DNA of 64,000 nucleotides from an uncultured beta proteobacterium (lineage in GTDB: Bacteria > Pseudomonadota > Gammaproteobacteria > Burkholderiales > JACQAP01): assembly GCA_963789945.1 (NCBI GenBank), contig CAWBMN010000007.1, forward strand, positions 283,178 to 347,177, in the 5' to 3' direction. Shown here one piece after another: positions 1 to 9,144 of the stretch (positions are counted from its first letter, which is position 1; every line of letters starts with the position of its first letter). The notes below the pieces were generated by a model that saw only the letters and a program-made list of their open reading frames with translations, was not told where the DNA came from and did no database searches. The translations under genes were made by a program, and so were the position numbers.

Positions 1-127
1 GCGAGGCGCAGCTTCAGTGCCGCGATCAGGGTCTGTCCGCCGGCCATCAGTTTGGCGTCGGCTGCGGCGGCGAGCCTAGCTGCCGCATCCGCGACGCTGG
101 TGCCTTGTGGTAATTGAACTCGTACAT
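1..127 (-). pseudogene. FAD-binding middle subunit of the xanthine dehydrogenase/CO dehydrogenase family (CoxM-like); N-terminal fragment running off the window, with an apparent frameshift
   Basis: The reverse strand reads ATG(127) MYEFNYHKA. One frame over it continues GTSVADAAARLAAAADAKLMAGGQTLIAALKLRL, which carries the AGGQ[ST]L FAD-subunit signature. It lies directly downstream of the 2Fe-2S subunit gene. The frame break is near 98-102. Confidence 0.5.
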
Positions 128-159
128 CGCTGCTCTTCGGTCGTTACATGCCACTTTTC

Positions 160-792
160 TCAAACCCAACACAGAGGCACAGAGGACACGAAGAGGTCAC
201 GAAGAGAATCTGTTGAAGCAACTGCAAGCCGAACTATGTCGGTTTGTCTCTTCGTGCCACTTGGTGTTCTTGTATCTTCGTGTTCGTCTGGACTTCGTCT
301 TGCTTGGGTGTTGATCTTCAGATTCTTCAAGAAGGCGGCGCCGGCGAGTACGGCCTTGACGATGCCGTGATAGCCGGTGCATCGGCACAGGTTGCCGTCC
401 AGTTCGGCGCGGACCTGGGCCTCGCTCGGGTGCGGATGGCGTTTGACCAGATCGATGGCGCTCATCACCATCCCCGGTGTGCAGTAACCGCATTGCAGGC
501 CGTGATGGTCGCGGAACGCCGCCTGCATCGGGTGCATGGTGCCGTCGGGACGCGCCAAGCCCTCGATGGTGACGATAGTGGCGCCGTCGCCTTGCACGGC
601 AAGCATGTTGCAGCACTTCACTGCGTTGCCGTTCATGTGTATGGTACAGGCGCCGCATTGCGCGGTATCGCAGCCGATGTGGGTGCCGGTGAGGCGCAAC
701 GTGTCGCGGATGAAGTCGACCAGCAGAACCCGCGGTTCGATTTCGGCGGTAACGGGCATGCCGTTTACCGTCATTTTGATCTTTACGAGCAT
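160..792 (-). CDS. (2Fe-2S)-binding small subunit of an aerobic-type molybdenum hydroxylase (CoxS-like)
   Basis: The ORF-track protein has both 2Fe-2S cysteine clusters: CDTAQCGACT and CGYCTPG...CRCTGY. Family-like sequence ends near residue 155-160 (about position 318). The last ~50 codons run through repeat element E1. Confidence 0.9.
   Translation of the reverse strand: MLVKIKMTVNGMPVTAEIEPRVLLVDFIRDTLRLTGTHIGCDTAQCGACTIHMNGNAVKCCNMLAVQGDGATIVTIEGLARPDGTMHPMQAAFRDHHGLQCGYCTPGMVMSAIDLVKRHPHPSEAQVRAELDGNLCRCTGYHGIVKAVLAGAAFLKNLKINTQARRSPDEHEDTRTPSGTKRQTDIVRLAVASTDSLRDLFVSSVPLCWV
170..310. repeat. Foldback element E1 (CACAGAG/CACGAAG units)
   Basis: Left arm 170-206: CACAGAG-G-CACAGAG-GA-CACGAAG-AGGT-CACGAAG. 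Right arm 248-310: CTTCGTG, CTTGGTG, CTTCGTG, CTTCGTC. Spacer about 41 bp. It lies between the coxS-like and coxM-like genes. Confidence 0.8.
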
Positions 793-1249
793 GAGGCTTC
801 CTCACTGGTTGGCCTGCGAAGGACTCCCATGCTAGTCAAGCGGCGGCGCAGGATCAACTGGAATAGGGAAGCTCTGATCAAGTTCCACATGCGCGACCGA
901 GGCGATTCGGGTCGAGGACAAGACGGCGAGGACGCCGTGTAGCCGGCCTACATAAGGAGGAGCCGACGCTGACATCGGCACGAATCGCCCGGTCCCTCGA
1001 AAGAGTCGAAATGTCATTGGGTTGTGCCAGGTGCGGCGCCTGCGTTGTTACGCTCCTTGTTGGGGCTTCAGCCGCATCTGCGGACCGACGCCTAGCAGTC
1101 ATCCGCACCTGGCGCAACGCGCGTCGCGGAACTTGATCAGAGCTTCCCTGGGTTCCGGACAGTCCTAACAGGACCAGGCCGGGTGGCATAGAATCCGGCA
1201 AGCGGAGTCGTTCTTCGGACCGGCAACTCAGAGATAAAGGATCAGGCGA

Positions 1250-3553
1250 ATGGCAAAGTACGGTATCGGCCAGGCAATGGTGCGGCGCGAGGATCAGCGG
1301 TTGCTCTTCGGGGCAGGGCAGTTCGTCGATGATCTGTCGCTTCCCGGCGAGGTCTTTGTAGCGTTCGTGCGCTCACCGCACGCACACGCCCGCATCGTCT
1401 CCATCGACACTCAGGCCGCGCGGGCCATGCCCGGAGTCACAGCTGTGCTGACAGGTGCGGACCTCAAGGCCGACGGCATCGGTCCGCTGCCGGATGGACA
1501 GGGGCTGAAACGCGCCGACGGCAAACCTATGTGCGGCCCGCCGCACCACGCGCTTGCCGTAGACGCTGCGCGCTTTGTCGGCGAGCCCGTGGCCGCGGTA
1601 GTCGCGCAAACCCGTTCGCAGGCGGAGGACGCCGCCGAAAAGGTTATGGTCGAGTACGAGGAATGGCCGGCGGTCGTGACGATCGAGGCGGCCACCGCGC
1701 CGGGTGCGCCGCAACTGTGGCCGGACGCGCCGGGCAACATCGCCGCGCAGACCCAGTTCGGTAGCAAAGGCGAATGCGACGCCGCCTTCAAGAAGGCCAA
1801 ACACGTTACCAGGCTTGCGCTCTACAACCAGCGGCTGGTGCCGGTCAGCATGGAGCCGCGCGGTAGCATCGGGGAATTCGACGCCAAGACCGGCCGTTTC
1901 ACGCTGCGGACCAGTTGTCAGAACCCGGCCGGGCTGCAGCAGACGCTGGCGACGTCCTGCCTCAAGGTGCCGATGGACAAAGTGCGCGTTCGCGTCGGCG
2001 ACGTCGGCGGTGGTTTCGGCATGAAGACCCAGCTCTATCCCGAAGACGTGGTGTGCGCGTGGGCAGCGCGCAAGCTCGGCCGGCCGGTGCACTGGCGCGC
2101 CAGCCGCAGCGACGAATTTCTCGCCGGCAATCACGGGCGCGACCAGATCAATCGCGCGGAACTCGCTTTCGACGCGGACGGCAAGATCCTCGGCTTCCGG
2201 GTCGAGATCGTCGGCAACATCGGGGCGCATGCCAGCGGGCCGGGTGCGGTCATCGTTGTGGCAATCGGGCCGAAAGTGATCACCGGCGTCTATCACATCC
2301 CGGCACTCGACCTGCGCGGAACGGCGGTGCTGACCAATACCAACGTGGTCGGCGCGTATCGCGGCGCCGGACGGCCGGAAGCGATCTATCTCATCGAGCG
2401 GTTGATGGACCAGGCGGCCGCGGAAATGAAGATCGACCCGGCAGAATTGCGCCGGCGCAACTTCATCCAGCCCGGCGCCATGCCTTACACCACTCAGATG
2501 GGCGAAACGTTCGACAGCGGCAACTTTCCGCACATGCTCGACCGCATCCTCGGGCACGCCGACTGGAAGGGTTACGACAAACGGCGCGAAGAGTCTCGCA
2601 AGCGCGGCAAGCTGCGCGGCCGCGCACTGTCCACCTTTCTCGAATGGACCGGAGTCGTGCACGAGGAAACGGTGGACCTGCACGTGGAGGCCGACGGGCG
2701 GATCATGGTCTATACCGCGATGCAGGCGATGGGACAGGGCATCGAAACCAGCTATGTACAAATCATTTCCGAGACGCTCGACGTCGATCCGGACCGGATC
2801 GTCATCGTCCAGGGCGACAGCGACATCGCCCAGGGAATCGGCAGCATGGGCAGCCGTTCGGCCTACATCGGCGGCTCGGCGATGTTCACCGCTTCAAAAG
2901 ATACCGTCCAGAAAGGCAAGGAACTCGCCGCGGATGCGCTCGAGGCGGCCGCTTCGGATATGACGTATGACGACGGCCGCTTCAAGGTGGCCGGCACCGA
3001 TGTCGGCATCGGCCTGTTCGATCTGGCCGCGAAGCAGCCCGAGAAGCGCATCACCATCAAGACGTTGCAGAAGGTGGGCGGTCCGTCATGGCCGAACAGT
3101 TGCCACGTCTGCGAAGTCGAAGTCGATCCGGAAACAGGCGTGACCGAGATCGTGCGCTATACGACTGTGGATGACGTGGGGCGGGTGATCAATCCGCTTA
3201 TCGTCGCCGGTCAGGTGCACGGCGGAATTGCCCAGGCGGTGGGACAGGCGCTATTGGAGAATGCGCGTTACGACGCCGAGTCCGGTCAGCTCATCACTGG
3301 TTCACTTCTCGATTACTGCCTGCCGCGCGCGGACGATCTGCCCAGCTTCGCAACCTTCACCGACGAGTCCACGCCCTGCAAGATCAATCCGCTTGGCGCA
3401 AAGGGTGTCGGCGAGCTTGGCACGGTCGGCGGCACGCCCACCGTGATGAATGCGCTGATCGACGCGCTTCGCCCGTTGGGCGTCAAACACATCGAAATGC
3501 CGGCTACATCCGAAAAGGTATGGCAGGCGATCCGCCACGCCAAGGCAGCCTAG
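1250..3553 (+). CDS. Molybdopterin-binding large subunit, xanthine dehydrogenase family (form-II CoxL-like)
   Basis: 767 aa. The N-terminus MAKYGIGQAMVRREDQRLL is typical of the family. The active-site loop reads VVGAYRGAGRPEA (the AYRGAGR form-II motif, not the AYXCSFR motif of true CO dehydrogenase). Confidence 0.9.
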   Translation: MAKYGIGQAMVRREDQRLLFGAGQFVDDLSLPGEVFVAFVRSPHAHARIVSIDTQAARAMPGVTAVLTGADLKADGIGPLPDGQGLKRADGKPMCGPPHHALAVDAARFVGEPVAAVVAQTRSQAEDAAEKVMVEYEEWPAVVTIEAATAPGAPQLWPDAPGNIAAQTQFGSKGECDAAFKKAKHVTRLALYNQRLVPVSMEPRGSIGEFDAKTGRFTLRTSCQNPAGLQQTLATSCLKVPMDKVRVRVGDVGGGFGMKTQLYPEDVVCAWAARKLGRPVHWRASRSDEFLAGNHGRDQINRAELAFDADGKILGFRVEIVGNIGAHASGPGAVIVVAIGPKVITGVYHIPALDLRGTAVLTNTNVVGAYRGAGRPEAIYLIERLMDQAAAEMKIDPAELRRRNFIQPGAMPYTTQMGETFDSGNFPHMLDRILGHADWKGYDKRREESRKRGKLRGRALSTFLEWTGVVHEETVDLHVEADGRIMVYTAMQAMGQGIETSYVQIISETLDVDPDRIVIVQGDSDIAQGIGSMGSRSAYIGGSAMFTASKDTVQKGKELAADALEAAASDMTYDDGRFKVAGTDVGIGLFDLAAKQPEKRITIKTLQKVGGPSWPNSCHVCEVEVDPETGVTEIVRYTTVDDVGRVINPLIVAGQVHGGIAQAVGQALLENARYDAESGQLITGSLLDYCLPRADDLPSFATFTDESTPCKINPLGAKGVGELGTVGGTPTVMNALIDALRPLGVKHIEMPATSEKVWQAIRHAKAA

Positions 3554-3573
3554 CGGCGAGAGAGCAAACCTTC

Positions 3574-3612
3574 GACGCAAAGGCGCAAAGACGCAAAGAA
3601 ATTCGAAGAAAC
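3574..3612. repeat. Foldback-family half element E2 (CGCAAAG units)
   Basis: GA-CGCAAAG-G-CGCAAAG-A-CGCAAAG-AAATTCGAAGAAACG lies just after the coxL-like stop. Only a degenerate partner (CTTACTTTCTCACTGCCTGCCTTGC, about 3688-3718) is visible. Confidence 0.6.
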
Positions 3613-3731
3613 GGACGTGATAGTTATTGTGATACGCGCCGAGGTAAGTCCTGCCTCGTTGTGAGTCATTGGTTCCGTTAGCTGAGTAGCGGCTTACTTT
3701 CTCACTGCCTGCCTTGCTATGTGGCGAAGGC

Positions 3732-4712
3732 CTAATCAGCACGCATGCCGGAAGCTTTCACCACTTTGCCCAGTTTTTCGATTTCGGCGCGAGTGAACTT
3801 GGCGAACTCCTCAGGCGTACTGGACTTGGGCACCACACCTTCGCTTTGCAAGCGCTCCCTGATATCCGGGAGAGCAAGAATACGCGCGACCTCGTTGGAC
3901 AGTTGGTTGAGGACCGCTTTGGGTGTGTTGGCGGGCGCCCACAGTCCGCCCCAGCCTTCCATCTCAAAGCCCGGAAGCGCTGTCTCCGCGACTGTCGGCA
4001 CGTTCGGCAGTACAGGGCTGCGCTGCGCCGTTGTCACCGCCAACGCCAGCAACCTCCCGTCCTTGATGAACGACAGGGCTGGCGCAATGGGCGATATGAA
4101 ATACTGAATGCGCCCGGCCATGGTGTCGATAAGGGCTTCCGGCGTGCCTTTGTAGGGCACATGTACAACGTCAATGTCAGCGGCAAACCTGAATTGCTCC
4201 CCGGTCAGGTGTGTGGCGCCACCGATACCGGCCGAGCCAAAGTTGAGCTGTCCCGGCTTCTGCTTGGCGAGCGCGATGAGATCATTGACCGACTTCACCC
4301 CAAGCGAAGGCCCAACTACCAGCACAAACGGACTGATCGAGATCTGGGTGACAGCTGCGAAGTCCTTGAGCGGATCGTAGGGGAGCTTCGAATAGAGTGT
4401 CGCGCTCACTGCAAAGCCCGGTCCATGGTACAGAAGCGTATACCCATCAGGCGCGGCGCGGGCGACGATGCTTCCAGCCACGATGCCGCCCCCGCCAGGG
4501 CGATTGATCACCACCACTTGCTGGCCCCAGTTCTCCGACATTTTCTTGCCGACCATGCGCGCGTGTATGTCGGTCGAGCTTCCCGCTGTGAACGGTACAA
4601 TCATCTGGATTGGTTTGTTCGGAAAACGGTCTTGCGCGTTTGCCATAAAGGACAGCGTGGTGACCAGCGCGAACGCAAGACCCGTTGCGACAAGTGACTT
4701 CCCGGTTCTCAA
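3732..4712 (-). CDS. Bug-family tripartite tricarboxylate transporter substrate-binding protein (TctC-like)
   Basis: 326 aa with a signal peptide, followed by FPNKPIQMIVPFTAGSSTDIHARM and NRPGGGG, as in Bug/TctC proteins. Confidence 0.88.
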   Translation of the reverse strand: MRTGKSLVATGLAFALVTTLSFMANAQDRFPNKPIQMIVPFTAGSSTDIHARMVGKKMSENWGQQVVVINRPGGGGIVAGSIVARAAPDGYTLLYHGPGFAVSATLYSKLPYDPLKDFAAVTQISISPFVLVVGPSLGVKSVNDLIALAKQKPGQLNFGSAGIGGATHLTGEQFRFAADIDVVHVPYKGTPEALIDTMAGRIQYFISPIAPALSFIKDGRLLALAVTTAQRSPVLPNVPTVAETALPGFEMEGWGGLWAPANTPKAVLNQLSNEVARILALPDIRERLQSEGVVPKSSTPEEFAKFTRAEIEKLGKVVKASGMRAD

Positions 4713-4806
4713 GGTTGTCTCCTCTTTTTCCGTGTGAATCGGTCTCGATTGCTTTTTTAGCAGGCAGGTCTATGAGTTGTCGTGAACCGGCCATTTCGGT
4801 TGGTGC

Positions 4807-6240
4807 TTAGAGGATTGCGCGGGTCCGACCTCGATCGGGATCGCTGGCGCGCGCCAAATCCCTGACATTCTGCACAGCGTCGAGCGCGGCGAGTTGCTCG
4901 TAGAGAGAACTCGCATCAATTTGGTTTACGCCCGCAACGCAGTCGAAGAACTTGGCCTTCAGTTCCTCCTCGCGCAGCGGCAGCTTCATGTTACCGCGGG
5001 CAAAACGGACCTCCCCGCTGTCGATCACTCGGCCGTCTTTGAGCCGGATTCGCGCGCGGTCGCTAAAAGCAAACGCCGGCTCGATCGGACAAGTCGTTGC
5101 GACGGTGGAGATCTCAAGTTTCTTCATTGCCTCGCGTACCTCTCGGCGATTGACGAATTCTTCACTGAGTTGCGCCAACCCCACTGCCCGCGCGACCAGC
5201 GCTGAGGCTACGGCGAACTCAAGGCTGAACTTCGCCTCGAGTGCTGTTACGGGAGCGTGATTGCGCAACATCGACGCCTGTGTGACGCCAATGGTTGCAC
5301 GAACCGATTCGACATCGTCTGGCCGGAGATTCTCCTTGCTGGCGAGGTCGATGACGGCATCGATGATCCGATGGGTCGCGTAGCAGATCGGGTATTTCTT
5401 GACGCTTAAGCCAGACTCGAGAATCCGTAGCGATCGGCCGAGACCATCCGCGGGGCGATCGAGATCCACATTGCCCTTGGGGGAGATCGCCTTCAGATAT
5501 CCCGCGTGGTGCTCGATCGCGTCAGGCGACGCGGTCATGCCGCCCATGGCCAGGCGCACCGCCTCGATCGCTGCACTCGCTGCGCGCCCCGCATGGAAAG
5601 GCTTGGTCATCGTCCCGAAATTAGCCACCAAACCTCCAGCCATACTCGCCGAAAGTGCGATGGCATTACCGCAGGTCTCGATGGGGAGCCTGCGTAGACA
5701 GGCGATCGCAGCAGCGGCTGCCACAGGCCCGAACACCGCGGTCGGATGCCATCCTTTAACGTGATGCGAGTCTGCGTCACGACTGATGAGTTCTGCCCAT
5801 ACTTCGTAGCCGACCAGGTATGCGCGCAGCAGACTCGCGCCGGAGGCGTCCGCCGCTTCGCCTTCCGCCAACAGAGCCGGCACGAGGACAGTACTGGGAT
5901 GCCCGGCGAGCGCAACGTCGTCATAGTCAAGGGCATGCGCCGCGGTTGCGTTGATCAGCGCAGCGTAATGCGCGGGCGCGCGCTCCGCGCCCAGCAGCAC
6001 ACTTGATTCCCGAGCATTCGATTGGGCAGACTCGACGTATTGCCGAACGATTCGCACGACCGGCTCATTACGCCCCGCGATCATGGTCGCGACAGTATCG
6101 ACAAAGCCACTTCGAATAATCCGCGCGGCGGCAGCGGGTGCCTCCGAGAAGGGCGGAGCATTGGCAAAGCGGGCAAGAATCTGCGTCAAGCTAATCACAG
6201 GAATCCCTGAAGAAGAATCACTTGCGAAGACGAGAAGCAC
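4807..6240 (-). CDS. MmgE/PrpD family protein (2-methylcitrate dehydratase-like)
   Basis: 477 aa. Family-like segments are DTVATMIAG, AAHALDYDD and KGWHPTAVFG. Confidence 0.85.
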   Translation of the reverse strand: MLLVFASDSSSGIPVISLTQILARFANAPPFSEAPAAAARIIRSGFVDTVATMIAGRNEPVVRIVRQYVESAQSNARESSVLLGAERAPAHYAALINATAAHALDYDDVALAGHPSTVLVPALLAEGEAADASGASLLRAYLVGYEVWAELISRDADSHHVKGWHPTAVFGPVAAAAAIACLRRLPIETCGNAIALSASMAGGLVANFGTMTKPFHAGRAASAAIEAVRLAMGGMTASPDAIEHHAGYLKAISPKGNVDLDRPADGLGRSLRILESGLSVKKYPICYATHRIIDAVIDLASKENLRPDDVESVRATIGVTQASMLRNHAPVTALEAKFSLEFAVASALVARAVGLAQLSEEFVNRREVREAMKKLEISTVATTCPIEPAFAFSDRARIRLKDGRVIDSGEVRFARGNMKLPLREEELKAKFFDCVAGVNQIDASSLYEQLAALDAVQNVRDLARASDPDRGRTRAIL

Positions 6241-6341
6241 GGGATTCGACGATCTTATACCTTGTTCCCGATTTTGCTAGGGAAGCCTACCCCCTCCGCT
6301 GCTTGCGGGGGAGGGCCCAGCCGAGACGGCGTTCGCCTTTC

Positions 6342-7793
6342 TCAGTCCAGACGGCGGTTTTTCGCGTTCCAGTGCTGCTCGAGGTTGGAAATCAGCGCGG
6401 GGCTGAAGTGGCAATACGCCTGCTCGAGCGCGTACACCGCGAAATATTCGCGGAACAGATCCAGCGGTTCCTGGGCGACGCGGAAAGCGCGCCGGTTCGA
6501 GGCGGCGCTCACAACGCCGGAGCCGGTTAGATTTTCAACTACGCGCTCGATCGCGTTGTCCATGTCTGCCGGCGCAACGACTTCGTCGCAGATTAGCCGG
6601 CCCTCAGGACTGTCGCAGTCGAGCCGGCGCTGGTACATGATCGCCTGCCGCGCGATGCGGTCGCCCGTGAATCGCGGCAGCCGCAAGTTGGCCGCTCCCG
6701 GGATGATGCCTTCCTTGCGTGCCGGCAGGGTCATGAAAGCGTCCCGCGCGGCCAGCACGTAATCCATGGTCAGCAGGTACTGGCAATGCCCGCCGATGGC
6801 GAATCCCTCCACCGCCGCGATCCAGGGCATCTCGATGGTCTGACCGTTGACGTCGTCCGGCATCATTTCGGGGTGGGCCAGTCCTCGATAGAGCTTGTTC
6901 ACGATCCCCAGATCGCGCTGCAGGTACCAGATGAACGGCACCTTGCCGTAGTAAAGGTGCGTCAGGTTGATGCCGCTGCCGAGCACTCGTTTTCCCTGAT
7001 ACTTGCCACCCTGCACGTAATCGCCGCGCAGCACGCCGATCTGGGTGTGCGGATCGAGGATCGCCAGATCGACGGCGATCTCGGCGGCGTCGATCGTGGT
7101 CGCGTCCTCAGCGTTCAGGTGGCGGGGATTTTTTTCGATCACGTGCGAGGCCCGGCCCTTGCGGAAGATTTCGGCCGCACCGAGATCCACGCGCCCTTTG
7201 CTATCCAGCTCCGCCAGCCGCTCGGACGTCCCGGCGTGAGGCAGAAGCATCGCGTGGCAGAGGTGGCGTCCCGTGACAGGGTTGGCCAGCGAGGCAGAAA
7301 CGAAGATACCGTGGTCGATTTCCAATCCGTCCTTGTCGCGCTGAAGGCATGCGGATTCGGCCGCGACCTGCGCGCGCGTGGGCGTCAGCCCCGGCACAAG
7401 CGCCGCGGCGTCGTAGATGAGTTGCTCGACGCGGATGAAGCGTGTCCGGTTGTGCGTGAGACGGTCGTAGACTGCTTCGACATGGGCGCGCAGGAACCGG
7501 GTGCGCGCTTTGCGCGCCACCTGTTTGATCCGCTCTGCTGCGTCCATCTGTCGCGCGTCGCGCGCCGGCTTAGCGGGCAGCCGCGCAAGCAATGCGGCAC
7601 TCGACTCCCAGAAGCGCGAATAGCGGGCGCAGTCGCCGTCGAAATCGCCGGTATCGCGCGGAGCCGCAGCGTGCCACGCCGCGACTGCATCGGCAGCGAT
7701 TCCGGCGCGCTGCAGGCCTTCGGATTCCTGAATGGGTTCTTGAGTAACGGGTGCCGCCAAATCCTGCTCCTTTCGATCCCTTTCGGCCTTCAA
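6342..7793 (-). CDS. Long crotonase-fold protein (enoyl-CoA hydratase/isomerase superfamily, DpgC-like architecture)
   Basis: 483 aa. A helical N-terminal extension of ~200 aa is followed by a crotonase core (GSGINLTHLYYG, AAVEGFAIGGHCQYLL, LPARKEGIIPG). It is adjacent to a PaaK-like ligase. Confidence 0.6.
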   Translation of the reverse strand: MKAERDRKEQDLAAPVTQEPIQESEGLQRAGIAADAVAAWHAAAPRDTGDFDGDCARYSRFWESSAALLARLPAKPARDARQMDAAERIKQVARKARTRFLRAHVEAVYDRLTHNRTRFIRVEQLIYDAAALVPGLTPTRAQVAAESACLQRDKDGLEIDHGIFVSASLANPVTGRHLCHAMLLPHAGTSERLAELDSKGRVDLGAAEIFRKGRASHVIEKNPRHLNAEDATTIDAAEIAVDLAILDPHTQIGVLRGDYVQGGKYQGKRVLGSGINLTHLYYGKVPFIWYLQRDLGIVNKLYRGLAHPEMMPDDVNGQTIEMPWIAAVEGFAIGGHCQYLLTMDYVLAARDAFMTLPARKEGIIPGAANLRLPRFTGDRIARQAIMYQRRLDCDSPEGRLICDEVVAPADMDNAIERVVENLTGSGVVSAASNRRAFRVAQEPLDLFREYFAVYALEQAYCHFSPALISNLEQHWNAKNRRLD

Positions 7794-7800
7794 TGACCGG

Positions 7801-9108
7801 CTATTTCCTGGGTCGCTTGTCGATGACGCGGACGGCCTTGCCCTGCGAGCGCTGGACCGTGCCCGGTTCGACGACCCGCACCCGGGTGGTCACCCCGATG
7901 TAGCCCTTGATCTGCCGCTCCATATCCTGCTCGATGGCGGTGATTGTCGCAACCGACAACGGTGCCGCGGTGCCGGACCGGCGTTCGACCAGGATGTCCA
8001 GATCGTCGAGACGTCCTTCGCGACGCACTTCCAGGACATAGTGGGGCGCGAGGCCCGACTGTTTCAACAGCAGTTCTTCGATCTGCGAGGGAAACACATT
8101 GACGCCGCGGATGATCAGCATGTCGTCGCTGCGCCCGGTGACCCGCTGCATCCGGCGCATGCTGCGCGCGCTGCCGGGCAGCAGCCGGGTCAGGTCGCGG
8201 GTGCGGAAACGGATCACCGGCATGCCGATCTTTGTAAGCGAAGTGAGGACGAGTTCGCCGGGCTGACCATTGGGCAGCACCGTGCCGGTTTTCGCATCGA
8301 TGACCTCCGGGTAGAAATGATCCTCCCACACAGTGAGCCCATCCCGGCTCTCGATGTATTCCGCGGCGACTCCCGGGCCGATCACCTCGGAAAGCCCGTA
8401 GTGGTCGAGCGCAGCAAGGCCAAGACGCTTTTCGATTTCGGCGCGCATGCTCTCGGTCCACGGTTCAGCCCCGAAGATGCCCACGCGCACGCTGCATTGC
8501 GCCGGGTCCAGGCCTTGGCGTTCGAACTCGTCCGCGATCACCAGCGCGTAGGACGGCGTGCACATGAGGATGCCGGGCTTGAAATCGCGCATCAACTGCA
8601 CCTGGCGCTCGGTCATGCCGCCGCTAACCGGAATCACCGTAGCGCCCAGCGCCTCGGCGCCGTAGTGCGCGCCCAGGCCCCCGGTGAACAGGCCGTAGCC
8701 GTAGGCGTTGTGGACGATGTCCGTGGATTTCCCGCCTGCGGCCCGCAGCGAGCGCGCCATCACCGTCGCCCAGGTATCGATGTCCTCCCGCGTATAGCCG
8801 ACCACGGTGGGTTTGCCCGTGGTGCCGCTGGAGGCGTGAATGCGCACGATGTCGTCCATCGGCACTGCAAACATCCCGAAAGGGTAGTTGGCGCGCAGGT
8901 CGGCCTTGTCGGTGAACGGAAACTTTGCCAGGTCCGCCAGGTCCTTGAGGTCGCCGGGGCGAATGCGGGCGGCGTCGAATGCCTTGCGGTAGTGCGGCAC
9001 CTTCTCATACGCGTGCTGCAGGCTCCAGCGCAGCCGCTTCAGTTGCAGCGCCCGCAGTTCATCGACGCCGGCTTTTTCGATGGGTTCGATTTGATCTTTT
9101 GCCCCCAT
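7801..9108 (-). CDS. paaK: Phenylacetate-CoA ligase family protein
   Basis: 435 aa. It contains FPFTDKADLRANYPFGMFAVP and the AMP-binding motif IHASSGTTGKPTVVGYT, typical of PaaK. Confidence 0.82.
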   Translation of the reverse strand: MGAKDQIEPIEKAGVDELRALQLKRLRWSLQHAYEKVPHYRKAFDAARIRPGDLKDLADLAKFPFTDKADLRANYPFGMFAVPMDDIVRIHASSGTTGKPTVVGYTREDIDTWATVMARSLRAAGGKSTDIVHNAYGYGLFTGGLGAHYGAEALGATVIPVSGGMTERQVQLMRDFKPGILMCTPSYALVIADEFERQGLDPAQCSVRVGIFGAEPWTESMRAEIEKRLGLAALDHYGLSEVIGPGVAAEYIESRDGLTVWEDHFYPEVIDAKTGTVLPNGQPGELVLTSLTKIGMPVIRFRTRDLTRLLPGSARSMRRMQRVTGRSDDMLIIRGVNVFPSQIEELLLKQSGLAPHYVLEVRREGRLDDLDILVERRSGTAAPLSVATITAIEQDMERQIKGYIGVTTRVRVVEPGTVQRSQGKAVRVIDKRPRK

Positions 9109-9144
9109 GTTTTTCTCTCCTCGGTGTCGAATTTATCTTGCAGT

